Origin: Geosiphon pyriformis uo1
Taxonomy: Eukaryota > Fungi > Glomeromycota
DNA: 63,632 nucleotides
NCBI GenBank assembly: GCA_016748015.1
Contig: JAAOMT010000649.1
Span: 73,266-136,897, forward strand
Reading direction: 5' to 3'
Position 1 is the first letter of the stretch. Every line of letters starts with the position of its first letter. This document shows, piece by piece, positions 27,850 to 40,440 of the stretch. Made by a program: the position numbers and the translations under genes. Below the pieces are notes generated by a model. That model made no database searches, had not been told where the DNA came from, and saw only the letters and a list, made by a program, of their open reading frames with translations.

Positions 27850-29604
27850 ATGGAAACCGTTGAACTTAAAAGAAATCGTCCTTATGCTCATAAATGTCAA
27901 CCGACCATTAAAAACAATAAAACGAATTATTGTAACTATTGTAGAGCATGTTAGTTCATATTTTTTGAAAAGCTTTATAAAGATTTTTCAAGCGGCAACC
28001 AAGTAGTCGATGAAATAATCAAGAATCCAATTTATATTCCACCTAATAAAAAGAATAACTAATATGGGGAAGTTAATTATTACGAATGGATTCCATGGGA
28101 GCGTTTATCAAATAGCAACGAAATCGCTAGAGGAGGGTTCGGCACAATTTATAAAGCAACCTATATTGATGGATTAATTGATGAAAAAAGTATAAAACAT
28201 TATCATGATGAAATGGGATATGAAAGAAAAGGAGAAACGGAAGTAACAATAAAATTTATAAAGAACAGTGAAGAAGTGTTTAAAGAGGTAAACAATTATT
28301 ATTATTATTGTTGTTGCTATTATTATATAATTCATATTTAGCTATTATTTATTTATTTATTCATTTATTTGTATTATCTTTTAACTTAATTAATCATTTT
28401 TACCTTGTTGATAGTTACATATCCAAAGAGCTATGTTTATCAAGGGTGGATACCTGTATTATCTCTCTTTAATATATGGAATTACGCAAAACACTCAAAC
28501 ACTCGAGTATGGAATTGTGATGGAGTTTGCCAAACATGGAGATATGCGAAAATATTTATCTAGCAATTTTCATTCTACTAATTGGAGGCATAAATTACAA
28601 ACTGCGCGGGAAATAGCTAGAGGACTTGAATCTATTCATTCTTCTGGTATGGATCCTACAATTAAACGATTTAAATACTGCAATTTGCGACCTTGGCTTA
28701 TGTCAACCTAAAAACTATGAAACAAGAACAAGATCAGACTCGGAAATAGAAACAGAAACAATAGCAAAGAAAAAAATCAGAAAAAAAGCAAGAAAAAAAT
28801 CAAAATCAACAATGGCAACAGCAACGAAGAAAAATATATATGGAGTGATTCCATACATTCCACCAGAAGTTTCAAGAGGAGAAAACTTTACAATGGCTGG
28901 TGATATTTACAGTTTCGCCATGTTATTATGGGAATTAGCAACAGAAAAGCCTCCCTTTCATGATTGTTCTCATGACCACATTCTCCTGATGAATATTCTA
29001 GATGGTGCTAGACCTAAGATTACCTCTCCACTTATTCCACCTTGTATTGCCGAAATAATAGAAAAGTGTTGGGATGCTAATCCTAAAAATCGTCCTACTG
29101 CTCGAGAAGTTGAAGACAAGTTGTGGGAACATTCGTTGATTTATGAGCGGTTTACAAATAGGGAATCTACGGATGAGTCTGGAGATGAAGTGTCAATTAT
29201 AGAAGAGTCTAAAACTGAGAGTCCTGAAATAGTAGAATTTTTAGAATCAGATAAATACGTCAAAGATATGTTGAAGAAAGACTCGACAACAAATTATTTA
29301 ACAACGACAACGGTGACGCCATTGACGAAGATGAAAATTCATCCAGGAGCTATTTATACAAGTCGCGTTTTAAGTTTGCAAATGATTGATTTTTCTAAAG
29401 GTTAGTTTAACTAATTTAGAAGAGTTTTTGTATTGATTAATTCTTTGATATTATAATGATATTTTTGAAATTTACCTTCATTTACTTTTTAAAAGAATTA
29501 GTCTATTTGCCTAAAGGTAAGAAATTATCTTGTGTTTATGCTCTTGTTCTTGTTCAAAATTTATTTATTTATTTTACTATTTATTATATTTAGAAAATTC
29601 TTAA
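27850..29604 (+). pseudogene. Tyrosine-kinase-like (TKL) protein kinase pseudogene of the Glomeromycotina-expanded family
   Basis: SSGNQVVDEII, EWIPWERL..IARGGFGTIYKA, intron 28288-28414, YGITQ..YGIVMEFAKHGDMRKYL, ICDLGL, IYGVIPYIPPEV, DIYSFAMLLWEL, CWDANPKNRPTA, HPGAIYTSR. In-frame stops at 27952 (TAG) and 28060 (TAA); the HRD loop is deleted with a frameshift near 28652. The 3' micro-exons are tentative. Confidence 0.9.
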
Positions 29605-30239
29605 TAGATCTAATCGTGATTATTCAATTCATAATAACAATTATTAAAAACTCTAAAATAAGATATTTTTATAGAAGATAAATCTTAGATAACTTTATTA
29701 AATTATAAGTCTCAATCATTTCAATATGTTAAAATATATACTTTTTTAATTTATTCTATACTCGGAACTATAAAAATAAATTTTCTTTTCAAAAGCGAAT
29801 TAAATTGGGTTTAAATAATCAGATAAGTTAATTTAACTTTAACTTTATAAATAATTATTAAATCTCATTTTTTAAAATTGCGACTATTAAGGTTAAAATC
29901 GAGTACCAATATTAGTTCAGAATAAATTATAATCTTAAAATGTAAAAATTGTATTCTTGATTGTGTCATTAAAAGTTTTCATTTTTTTCTATTTATAAAT
30001 TAATAAATATTATATTAAATTAATATATGTTGTTTCATTTTCATAACTTTTACTATTACTTTTATCAATAGTACAATCATAATCATCTATATTATAATTA
30101 TTTTCATAATTATTAGAAGATGAATTATGTATTTTGTTTTCATGCTGAAAATGAATTTCAATAGTATTAATACTATTAGATTGTATATTTGAAAAATTGA
30201 AAAAAAAATTTTTCTCGGATTTATCCATTTTACTTGAAA

Positions 30240-33200
30240 TGCCACAATATTTGAATGATAAATGTACTGGAATCTGATAATAATAAGATTTTAAATTTTA
30301 AAAAACTGAAATAGAGAATAAAATAAATAGTATTAGTAATATGTCAAATATTAAGACCATAAATAATACTATTGTAGAAGAGACTAGTTATGCTAACCCA
30401 AATAAAATAAATAATTCTAAAAGCCATAAATAATGTGACTTTACAAAAAACTTGTACTAATTTTTATAATTTGAACAATTTGCCAAAACAGCTATTTTTT
30501 AATAATTTGAGTAATAATAAAATTCTAGAGCTTTTTTTTTAAGCTTGACAAATTAATGCTGCTAACTATATCTTTAATAAAAAAAAAGTTTTCAATTTAA
30601 TTATAAATTTTATTTAGACATCAATATTTCTGTTGTGACTAAGAAAAATCTGAATAAAAAGTTATTGATCAAGTAAATAGTTTTAGAAAAAAAGACTTCT
30701 ACTTTTTCAAAATTTTATGACAAAAAACTGTAATAAAATTTAAGAATGCTAATGTTGTCATGTTAGTTATTTTCAAGTGATCAGTTTTTATAAAAAAAAA
30801 TTTGGTTTACATAATTAAAGCTAATATTAACAAATAAACATAAACTACCAAAGATTGTTATTAAGCTTTTTTGTATACTTTATTAATAAATACAATTGCT
30901 TATAATCTTTTTGAATTTGTGGTTTTTTATAGTAGAAAACCTTGTGTTATTGCTTATAATCTGGTTTTTTATGTTTATGTAAGATGCACAACTATTTGTT
31001 TTAAGACAAAAAACTTTAAAATAATAATATTAATTTAATTTTGATTTTTAAGAATTTGAAATTAGGTTAGACTAATTTGTTTTTTTATGTTAGTTATAAA
31101 TAGACTTGTTATATTTTGTTAATATATATATTTAGTAGAAATTTTAATAACTATATTAAAAAAGATATTATAGTGTTTAATAAACAATAATTGGTATTTA
31201 TATATGCCAAATAACAAGTTTTTATTTTTTGTTTGGTTTTTTTTGGTAATAAAACTTGAACACAAATTGTTAAAAATATTTTATTTTATTTTATTTTTTG
31301 TTCTGTATTTTTTTTGGTATTGGTTTATTTTAAATATTAAATCTTTTTTGTTAGTGTTTAATACTATAAAATTAAAATTTACTAATCTGAAATACAGTTT
31401 TACTAATTTTACCAAACCAAATTAATAAGTTAATAAAGAAATTAAATATATTTAAACCAATAATTTTCTAATTTAATTTTGAATATAAGTTATTAATAAT
31501 TTTTTTATTGTAAGATTAAGTAAATAATTTAACAATAAAAAAAGATTTGAATACAGTTATTTATAGTAAACTATTGTTGTTTTAGATTTTTTGCAATTTA
31601 GAAAGCTTAAAATTAATATTAAAAATTTGTTAAAATCTTTTAAAGTCTGTTATAAAATATTTTAATAAAATTAAATAATATTGGTATTTTTCTAAGTTTT
31701 ACTAATTTTTTATTTTAATAAGTATTTATATTTAAAAAATTGCTATATATATTATAAAAGATATAAATATTTTTGTAAAACAAAACAATATTATGTATTA
31801 TTATAAAAATATAAACAATATAATTTTTATTTATTAAAACAAAACTTAAAAATAATATAAAATTATATATTTATATTAATCTAAATTAGAGTTTTTTGGG
31901 CTTTAAAATTGTGATAATTATAATTAATAATTTGGTTAAACATGTTTTTAAGATTTTAAAGATTCTAAATTAACTTTTTTTAATTTGTTAATAATTTTTT
32001 TAGTTATAATATTTGGTTTATATCTTGGTATGTCTTTTGATATAAATTTTGTTTAAGCATTAATTTTTTATAATTATTGCAATTAATTCAAATATTTTTG
32101 TAATTTTAAAAGGTAATTTTAATAAAAATAATATTAAAAATAATATTCATTCTATAAAATATTTTAATTTAAAATTAAATAACTCTTTTTTTAACTGTTT
32201 TATAAACAAAGTCTGATTTAATACAATTTTAAAAAGATTAAAAAAGTTATTAACTATATTATTAATAATAAATATTTGTTTATTATAGTTATTAAACAAT
32301 ATATTTATAATATTTTTGAGTTTTTTAATATTAATTATAAGTCTGTTTTAATTTTTATTAATTTGAATAAATTTTTAAATGCTTATTTTAATGTTAAATA
32401 CAAACAAGCCAATAAAAACCAATAAAAATACAATTTTAAAAATATTAATAATAATATAATTTAAAATTTAATAAAATTAAATCTAAAATAAATAAAATTA
32501 TAAAGAAAAAAGTAGTTATGACCAAATTTATTTTTTTTGGAATAAAACTAATATGTTTTTTGAATTATGTATATATAGTATATTTTCAAAAATTGTAAAA
32601 TAAATTAAATACAATAAGTTGCTAAATATAATTGAGAATTTGCTAAATAAATCAAACTGTTTGCTATTTTAAATAAACTTTAATAGTATTATAATAAGTT
32701 TATTATTGGGTTTTTATAAATTCATTAAATAAGTATTTGTTTAATAAGTTCATTTTTTTTAAGCTTTTTTTGATAAATTTCTGTAATTACAACAAATTAT
32801 ATATTCTTTATAATAATAATTTTTCAGTTTTAAAAGACATATTTATAAGATTTTTTATTTTTATTATTGGTTTAGTGATTAAAAATGCTTTAAAAAAATT
32901 AAAAAGTATAATTAATTTTATAATAACAAAATTAATAAAGTTAATAAGTTTTAACTTAACTAACAATTATATTATACAAAATAGTTTAAATTAAAGTGAA
33001 ATTTTTTTTATTTCTTTAACACCTTTTTTATAATCACTTTCTGTATAAAGTTAAAAAACATAAATGTTTATGTAAATATAAAATCGACTTTAAATTTGGT
33101 TTTAAAACTAAAAAAATTAAAACCAAAACTAATTTGACTTTTTATCTGGTTATTGGTATATTCATTAATAATACAATTAAAATTGAAAATAATAAAACTA

Positions 33201-33566
33201 TTATGCAATATATTTTAAATATAATTAATAAATTTTTTACTATTAATAATATCTTTATATATAATAACAAAACAATGACTATTTTTTTCAATTAAAGATC
33301 TAAAAAAGCAGTTTTATACAGTAGTAAATGACCAATATTTATTGTAAATTTCATAAATATTTGAGAATTTTATTATTAATAAACAGTTTATTTAAATTTA
33401 GTTTTAAAAAAATTAAAGTTAATATTAAATTTTTTACAAATATAATTTTAAGAAAAACTATTTTAAATAAACAATTTTTTTATTTAATTATAATAGTTTT
33501 ATAATTAATTATTAGTTACAAAACCCAATTGAGTTTTGTATTTTAAAGCATATATAATAGATAAAA
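30240..33566 (+). mobile_element. Old, almost fully AT-converted LINE copy, 5' part (ORF1 to mid-ORF2)
   Basis: Collinear with the young LINE: IVEETSYA (~30370), RKPCVIAYN..RCTTICF (~30930-31000), KKIA..start of APE (~31735), IGIFINNTI (= AGAFVDDTI, ~33150), IISYKTQLSFV (~33510). Confidence 0.85.
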
Positions 33567-33696
33567 AAAACTTTCTCTCATCAATCTCCTGACTATAGCA
33601 AGAGCAAGAAGTAAATCGATAGAATAGTTTTCTCTTTCTTCTTTTTCCCTCTTTTATCTTAAAGTTATTTCTTTCAATACACCCCTTTTTGTTAAT

Positions 33697-35631
33697 ATGG
33701 AACTGACAGGCTCTTCTGTTGGTGGTTCAGGTTCTGTTTCAACGGGTTTGAGGACCCATTCTGGTGTTAAATCTAAACGTTTGGCAAGTGCTCACTCACA
33801 TGGTGCATCCTACAAGAAACCTAAAAAGTCTGTTGCTGTTGGCAGTATGATCAATACGTTTACTGGTCTTCTTAGCTTGGGAGATTTGGGTAAAGCTAGT
33901 ACCAAACCTGCAGTGTCCTGGGGTAGCAATTTTGGTAATATAGCAAGCAGTGTAAGTGGTTTTTCGGATGCAGAAAATATGACAAACTTAGTAGCTGAAG
34001 AAACAAGCTATGCAGAATCTGGTGAGGATGATGACATAGATGAAGCTACACCGAGAAAAACACGCACCAGGACGTATGCTCTAGGCAACCCAATGAAGCA
34101 ATCTCTTTTCAACAATGTGAGTGATGACAATAGTGTGTTGGAACTCCCTCCTCGTATGCTTAGTGGTTCCAATCAATTGCTGTCACTCATGCTACATGTC
34201 TCGGAAATGTGAAGTTTTGATTCAACAAAGTTTTTCACACTTGATATTGAGCTTTCTGCAGTGTCTGGCAAATTAGTTAGTGACAAGTAAAAAAATTTTC
34301 TATTGAATTGATGGTTTTGGGGGGTGTCGACTTCCTTAAAATTTCTTGGAATCATCAGATCTTCATTTACTTTTGAGAATAGCTTGATAAAGGCAAGAAA
34401 GATGGCAGTCAGTGAGAAAATTTTGGTTAATAATAATGTTAAAAAAGCAAACAGCTGTTCAGATCAGGAGGTGATCATCAAGAAGATCTCAGTAAATCTT
34501 CTCAGATTGGCAGTAGAATCAGTTTTTTTTAAATTCAGTAAGATTGTGTCCATCAAGATGCAGCTGATTAGTCTTTGGCAAAAGACCCTGGTTGAATTCA
34601 AATCATCTGAAGTAGCCAGTCTGGTTGCATCCGAGTAGTTAGTTCTCATAGAAAAGGATTCAGTGCATGTAGCTTTGATGATTGGTGATAAACAAACATG
34701 AGTATTAAGAGATCAGCATTGGGCATTGTTTTATACTCTTCCAGTTGGCACCACTGCCCATGATCTTTCTAATTTGTTAAATTCTTATGGTGGGAAAACC
34801 AGCATAGTTGGCCGTAATCCAGTTATGTATGTTCGAGATAGGTGTGCTATTATTTGTTTTGCTGATAAAGCTTCCAAGTTGGCTGCAATTAGTTTAGTTC
34901 CGATCTTTAAGGGTGTGAGTTTGCATTGGGCTGGTCTTTCTTTGGCCTGTTGTGCTACATATAAACATTTTGGTCATGTTTCAAATATGTGCTCTATGGG
35001 TGGAAATTCTGGGAGATATGGTAGACGTGTGATTACTCCTCAGAATCAGACCCATTTGGTTGACATTTATAAAAAAAGGCAAGCACCAATCACTCATCCA
35101 GTTTCTTTTGGTGGTAAAACTTGGGCTCAGGTAGTTGGCAGGTTTTTTTCTCATGTGGTTTTCTTTGTTGTTTCTGGTGCGAAGTCATTTTTAGATGTCA
35201 AAAGTCTTTCAATGGATTTTAATTCTTTCATGGTCACAGGTCTGAATGATCACTTGGTGTTCTTGGAACACTCTTTAGAACTCTTGGCCGACCAGGTTTC
35301 TGGCATCTTGAAAAGATTGAGCTCTGCTGAATTGGTGCCTTTGTTCCTTGCTTCACTAACTTCCCCTCTTGTTGTCTTTGCTTCTTTGGATTTGAGTGCA
35401 AACTCAAACATGGTGTTAGATGCTCCACAGGTTTTTTCTTCTCCTTCTATCACAGTCATTGACAATGCAGCTTCTAATTTAGGTTCTAGTAGTTCAAAAA
35501 TCCTGACCACCAAAGTTGGTGGTTTGGAATCAAAAATGATGGCATTAGATGTAACAGTTGGTACAGTTTTGGCTAGATTGGATTTTTTGTGCTCTGAGTT
35601 GGGTTTGTTGTCTGTCTTTTCATCTCAATGA
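33697..35631 (+). pseudogene. LINE ORF1 (gag-like nucleic-acid-binding protein)
   Basis: Track ORFs 33697, 34324 and 34726 share a frame. Degenerate CCHC knuckle CATYKHFGHVSNMC (second Cys TGT->TAT) and C-terminal heptad repeats; several in-frame stops. Confidence 0.85.
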
Positions 35632-38600
35632 GTGGTTTGGTTTGGAAAATTGCTACTTGCAATGTTAGGGGCATAAACAATCCTGCAAAACAGGATGACA
35701 TTATTTGTTGACACAACGACATAAACAATTTGATTTCAATTTTTACAGAAACAAAGTTAAAAGAAAGGGTTCGTCCCTAGATCATCAACAAATTTGATGA
35801 TATAAGAGTGTTTACCTCTGGCTTGGATTCTAGTTATCTGGGTGCTGGTGTTGTGATCGTCATAAATTCTTCTTTGACAAGACATGTGTGCAAGATTTCT
35901 AAGGTGCCTGGTCAGCTCTTGTCTATTAAATTGCTGTTCAAAAATAAACTTTCAGTATCAATTTTGGGGCTCTATGCAGGCGCTTCTTTGGTGGTTTGGT
36001 TCTTTCAGGCTGGTAAGGTTAACTCTCTCATCATTAAGGCTGTTAATGAATCTTCTTTTGTCGTTCTTGGGGGTGATTTTAATGAAGATGGTTTGCGTAA
36101 AAGTGTGAGTTTTAGGAAGTGCCTTGATTTGAGACTAATCAATTCTCTGTTGAGTAGTCCAGTTGTGAAAAATCCTACTTGAGAAAATTCAAAGGGTGTG
36201 AAAAAGACAATTAATTATGTGTTTGTTTCTTCAAGTCTGGTCAGTACAATCATATATCGTAATGTTTTGGAGGTTGGCAAACATTATGATACAGATTACC
36301 AGACTGTCTCTGTGTCTATAGGCTTGGGTGGGCTTTTGGATGTGCAGCTGAACTTTCTTTGCAAACAGGCAAATAAGGATCATTGGAAGTTCGATTTTAA
36401 GAATGTTGATGAGATTAGATAGAACAATTTTAAAGGTGCCACATTAGCCAATGCTACAATGTTCTCAGATGAGTTTGCCACCTCTGTAAAGTTTTCGGAC
36501 TTGGATGCAATATGGAACATTGTTCACAAGATAATGATTCTCTTAGCTAGTGAAGTGTTTAAGAGGAAGTGGTTCAAAAGCTTTGATTATGTTTTCACCA
36601 AGGAATCTTTGAGATTTTACAAATTAAAGCTTTTGGTTTCCAAAATTGTCAAGGTCTCATGTGAGGAATGTGTAGCAAATTTTGAGTCTCTTATGGAACA
36701 TTGGGTTTCTTTGGACAATGATAGGGCTTTATTTGTGCAAGGTGTGATGGACTTTGGTGCTAACACTAATGGTGTTTATTCTGCTTTTTTTAGTACTAAG
36801 AGGTCTTATCGCACATCCAAGCTTACTGAATCATTGAGAGCTAAGAAAGCAAATATCAGGTCTGCTATAGATAAGAGGATGGAGAGTTTTGAAATGGATA
36901 AAGGTCACATGATCAGAAGTGTGCTGGAACAATCTTTTTGCAAGGTGGTTTTGGATCATTTGGTCGTGGGTAATGAGTTGGTTTTTGAGCCTAATTTGGT
37001 GAAATTTAAAGTGGATAATATTATAGAAGGATGGACCAGGAAGCGTGTAGTGGTCGATAATGTTTCTGATACTTGGTCTCGTCAGTACCAACTTTTGGAC
37101 TACATTTTTGATAAGGTCTTTCCTGAAGTGATGTGTGTGATTGATTTTGATAAGTTGCATCATGTGGTCTCTAATCTGCCTATTGGCAAAGCCACTGGTC
37201 TTTCAGGTATCTTTAATGACCTATGGAAACATTGTGATCAGTCAGTTTTGGATTTGCTTCTGGTCCTGTTAAATTCTTGTCTGTCTTGTGAATTGGTACC
37301 TGGTCCTTGGAAAGAGGCTTGGGTTTCAATGATTCCCAAGCCTTATAAGTGGGAGGGTGTTCTCATGAATACTTGTCCTATTGCTTTGATTGAAACAGCT
37401 TGCAAAATTCTCTTCAAGATTCTTTCAGATAGAATCTCATTTGCTTGCAGCTCTCATGATGTTCTACATGGTAACAATTTTTCAGTCTTAAAGGATATGA
37501 TAACTCAGTCATCTATTTTTGCTATTGGTTCAGTTATTGAAGACTCTCTGGAGAAAAACTGAGAGCTTTGGTTGGTTTTACAGAACATGTAAAAAGCTTA
37601 TGATTTGGTTGGCTAGAAGCACCTCAAGAGGAGTTTGGTTAGGATTAAGATGTGCAGCAAATTTATTCGGTTTTTTGGCAGTATTCATAAGAATTGCACC
37701 AACTGTGTGATGACAGATTTTGGTTTAACAGAAGACTATCATGTGCATGATAGCCTGAACCAAGAAGAAGTTTTTTTCCCCCTTTTGTGGCATATTTTTT
37801 ATAATCCTCTGTTGTGTAAAGTTAAGTGTCAGGGAAGTGTGTATGAGTATAGATTGAATTCTCATTTTGTTTCCAAAAGTGGTCATATCAAATCTCAGGC
37901 TGGGCTCTCTTCTTTTTTTGCTGCTGGTGCTTTTGTTAATGATATAATCTGAGTTGGTAGCAGTCAAAATGCTACTCAGCATATTCTCAATGTAGCTAGT
38001 AAATTTTTTTAAATTAATAACATTTCAATTAATAATGACAAAACAGTGGTCATTCCCATCAATAGCAGAGTCAGTGTTCTTTTTCTCTCCATTAGTGGCT
38101 CACCAATTTCCATCACCAAAAAGGGTGAATCTCATCAGTACTTGGGTATTTTTTTCTTGATTGAGGGTCTTTTAAAGCCTAGTTTGGCTAAGGCGAACTC
38201 AGATGTTTGTTTTTTCACCAATCTGGTCCTGAGAAAGGCAGTTTTGGATAAGCAATTTTTGTATCTGGTGTCAGCAGTTTTCTATTCTATAATTAGCTAT
38301 AGAATGCAGTTTTGCTTTGTTTCTGTTGGTATGTGCACCAAATGGGATGCTCTGATTCGTAAAGGCTTGAAACTTAAATCTGGTCTCCCACTGAATTTTT
38401 CTAGTAATACAATTCACCATCCTTCTTTTTATGGTTTGAAGTCCTTTTCACAGTCTCAGTCAGAATGTAAGTTTGCTTTGCTTGTTAGTTTTGCAAACTC
38501 TAGTGGGATTTTGGGGCATTTGTTCAGTCACAGATTTCATGACTTACAAGTTTTGTGTTGGCAACCAATCCATCTATTGATCTCTCCTACTCGTATTCGT

Positions 38601-40306
38601 GTCAGTGTTTCTAATAATTTCTTGGCTGGTGTGATTTCTATCTTTCTTGACTGCAGGCTGTCTTTGGGTGGTTCTTTGGCCAGTACTTTTTGGTTTCGTG
38701 GTGGGGTTTCTATGTCTGTTGTTCTTGGCAATTCTTTGTTTTTCAAGTTTTTGCCATCCCTTTGATGTTATGGCATTACTTTTGTGGACCAGCTTCGGGA
38801 TCATTGTGGTGATGTCTTTAGCTGGCTTATCTTTAAGTGGTGGAAGAGACTAGATTCTTGTGGTCTAGTCTCTGAGTGGTTCGAATGTTTAGTCAAGTTC
38901 CTTGTAACTTCCTGTTCTTCTCCCTCAGTCTTGGTTGGTGTTGGTCCTGTTGACATTTGTGGTTCTGATAATTTTATGTCTGTATGTAATCATCTTTCTT
39001 GGATTGGTGTTGATAGTTTGTCTGTATATACAAATGAGTCATTGAAAAATTTGGGCATAATTGGTTGTAAGGCTGGGGCTGCTGTCTTTTTTGAGGACAT
39101 TAACTTGAGTTTGGGTATTAGTGTTTGGAGTTTGGTGTCATCTACTTTGGCAGAATTACAGGCTATAACGTTGGCTCTAGAGTGCATACCTGTGGCTTGT
39201 TCTGTTTGTCTGTTTTCAGATAGTCAGGCGGCCTTGGATGCTTGTATGTCAGAGGTTAACTTGGGATATCCTGACTTTCACAATCAGTGTTGGGTTGAGC
39301 ACCAGCATATTAGGAATGTTATTCACAGTAAAAATTTAAGAGTTAGCTGGCACAAGGTTAAGAATCATTTTGGTGTGTTGGAGAATGATCGAGCTGATAG
39401 CATTGCTGATGCTGCAACTCTCTCTGATTGGTTTTTTTCTACTTATGTTGATGAACATTTTTTGTTGGCAGATGATAGTATTGTCTTTGGTAATTCTAGA
39501 CATTTTGTTCGAGACATTTTTCATGCTGTTTGTTGAGTGCATTAGGAGGTCGGTTCCAGTTCTGGGTTTCTACCTGGAAATTTGCACTTAGATATTGATT
39601 GGCCTGGTTCTTCCAGAATTTGGCATCCTGATTCGCATATGGCAACAGATTTCACTAGCAGGTGCACTGCTAACACTCGTACATACCTTATGAAGACTTT
39701 GCACCATCAGCTTCCTATGGTTGTTTGAAAGTGCGTTTATGATAGATGTTATCCTAGTGTTCTGTGTCTGTATTGTGATGAGGTAGAGGTGTCTGATCAT
39801 GTATTTTCTTGTGTGATTGATAATTCAGCTCATCATCAGGTTTTGGAATCCTGTATGTCTTCTTGGAAAATGCTTTTTGGTCTTTTTCTTTCTTCTTTAA
39901 GTGTATTGCAGCTGCTGTCAATCTGTGCTTCAGATTTCCTGGTTTTCTTGGCTCTTTACAAGAGTTTTGTTTTCAAAGAATGGTTTCAGGAGGCTGTTTT
40001 TGTCTTCCACGATCCCAAAGTTACTGGCATTAAGATTGCTAATTTTGTGTGCTTTTTTTGTGTCGCTTTTAGAAATGATATTTGGTTGGTCCATGCCAAG
40101 TATCGCGCATATATGAAAAAAATGGCCTGATCCTGGTGGATGGCTTGATTCTCATCTCGGTTTCTGGTTTAGTCTCGAGGTTTTCAGATGGTGTGGTTAA
40201 ATTGCTTGGTATTGCTGAAGCTTTTGGCATCTGTTTTGGCTTTCGCAAATCTTGTTTTTTTTTTTCAGGTATTGATGACCCGGTTTCTGTTAATATAATT
40301 GTGTAG
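35628..40306 (+). pseudogene. LINE ORF2: AP endonuclease, reverse transcriptase, RNase H, C-terminal Zn finger
   Basis: APE: IATCNVRGIN, TETKL, GGDFN, TINYVF, TDY. RT: KATGLSG, MIPKP, PIALIE, QNM*KAYD, SLNQEEVFFP, AFVND, YLGI. RNase H: VYTNESL, AELQAI, FSDSQAA, WHKVKNH..NDRAD. Zn finger: CLYCDEVEVSDHVFSC. One frame to ~40120, with about 13 premature stops. Confidence 0.95.
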
Positions 40307-40440
40307 TGTTGTTCTGACTGGTTCGAGTGGCTGGTCACATGTAGAAAATGCATGATTTATACTTAGTTTAGATCATTTCTTTGATGTATAGTTTTAAGTA
40401 GTGTTTGGACTTCACTCGTTAAATATTAATAATAAAAAAA

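Larger units (their letters stand above)
33567..40440 (+). mobile_element. Full-length non-LTR retrotransposon (LINE; ORF1 + APE-RT-RNase H-zf ORF2), inactivated by transitions
   Basis: 5' UTR, ORF1 33697-35631, ORF2 35628-40306, 3' UTR and a taataataaaaaaa tail. Flanked by identical 13-bp direct repeats ATAATAGATAAAA at 33554-33566 and 40441-40453. Confidence 0.95.

Noticed and set aside
33697-40306. Alternative genetic code or stop read-through (TGA=Trp) explaining the LINE stops
   Set aside because: TGA, TAG and TAA all occur, at both W and R positions, alongside missense transitions in catalytic residues; host gene models here end in TAA, TAG and TGA.
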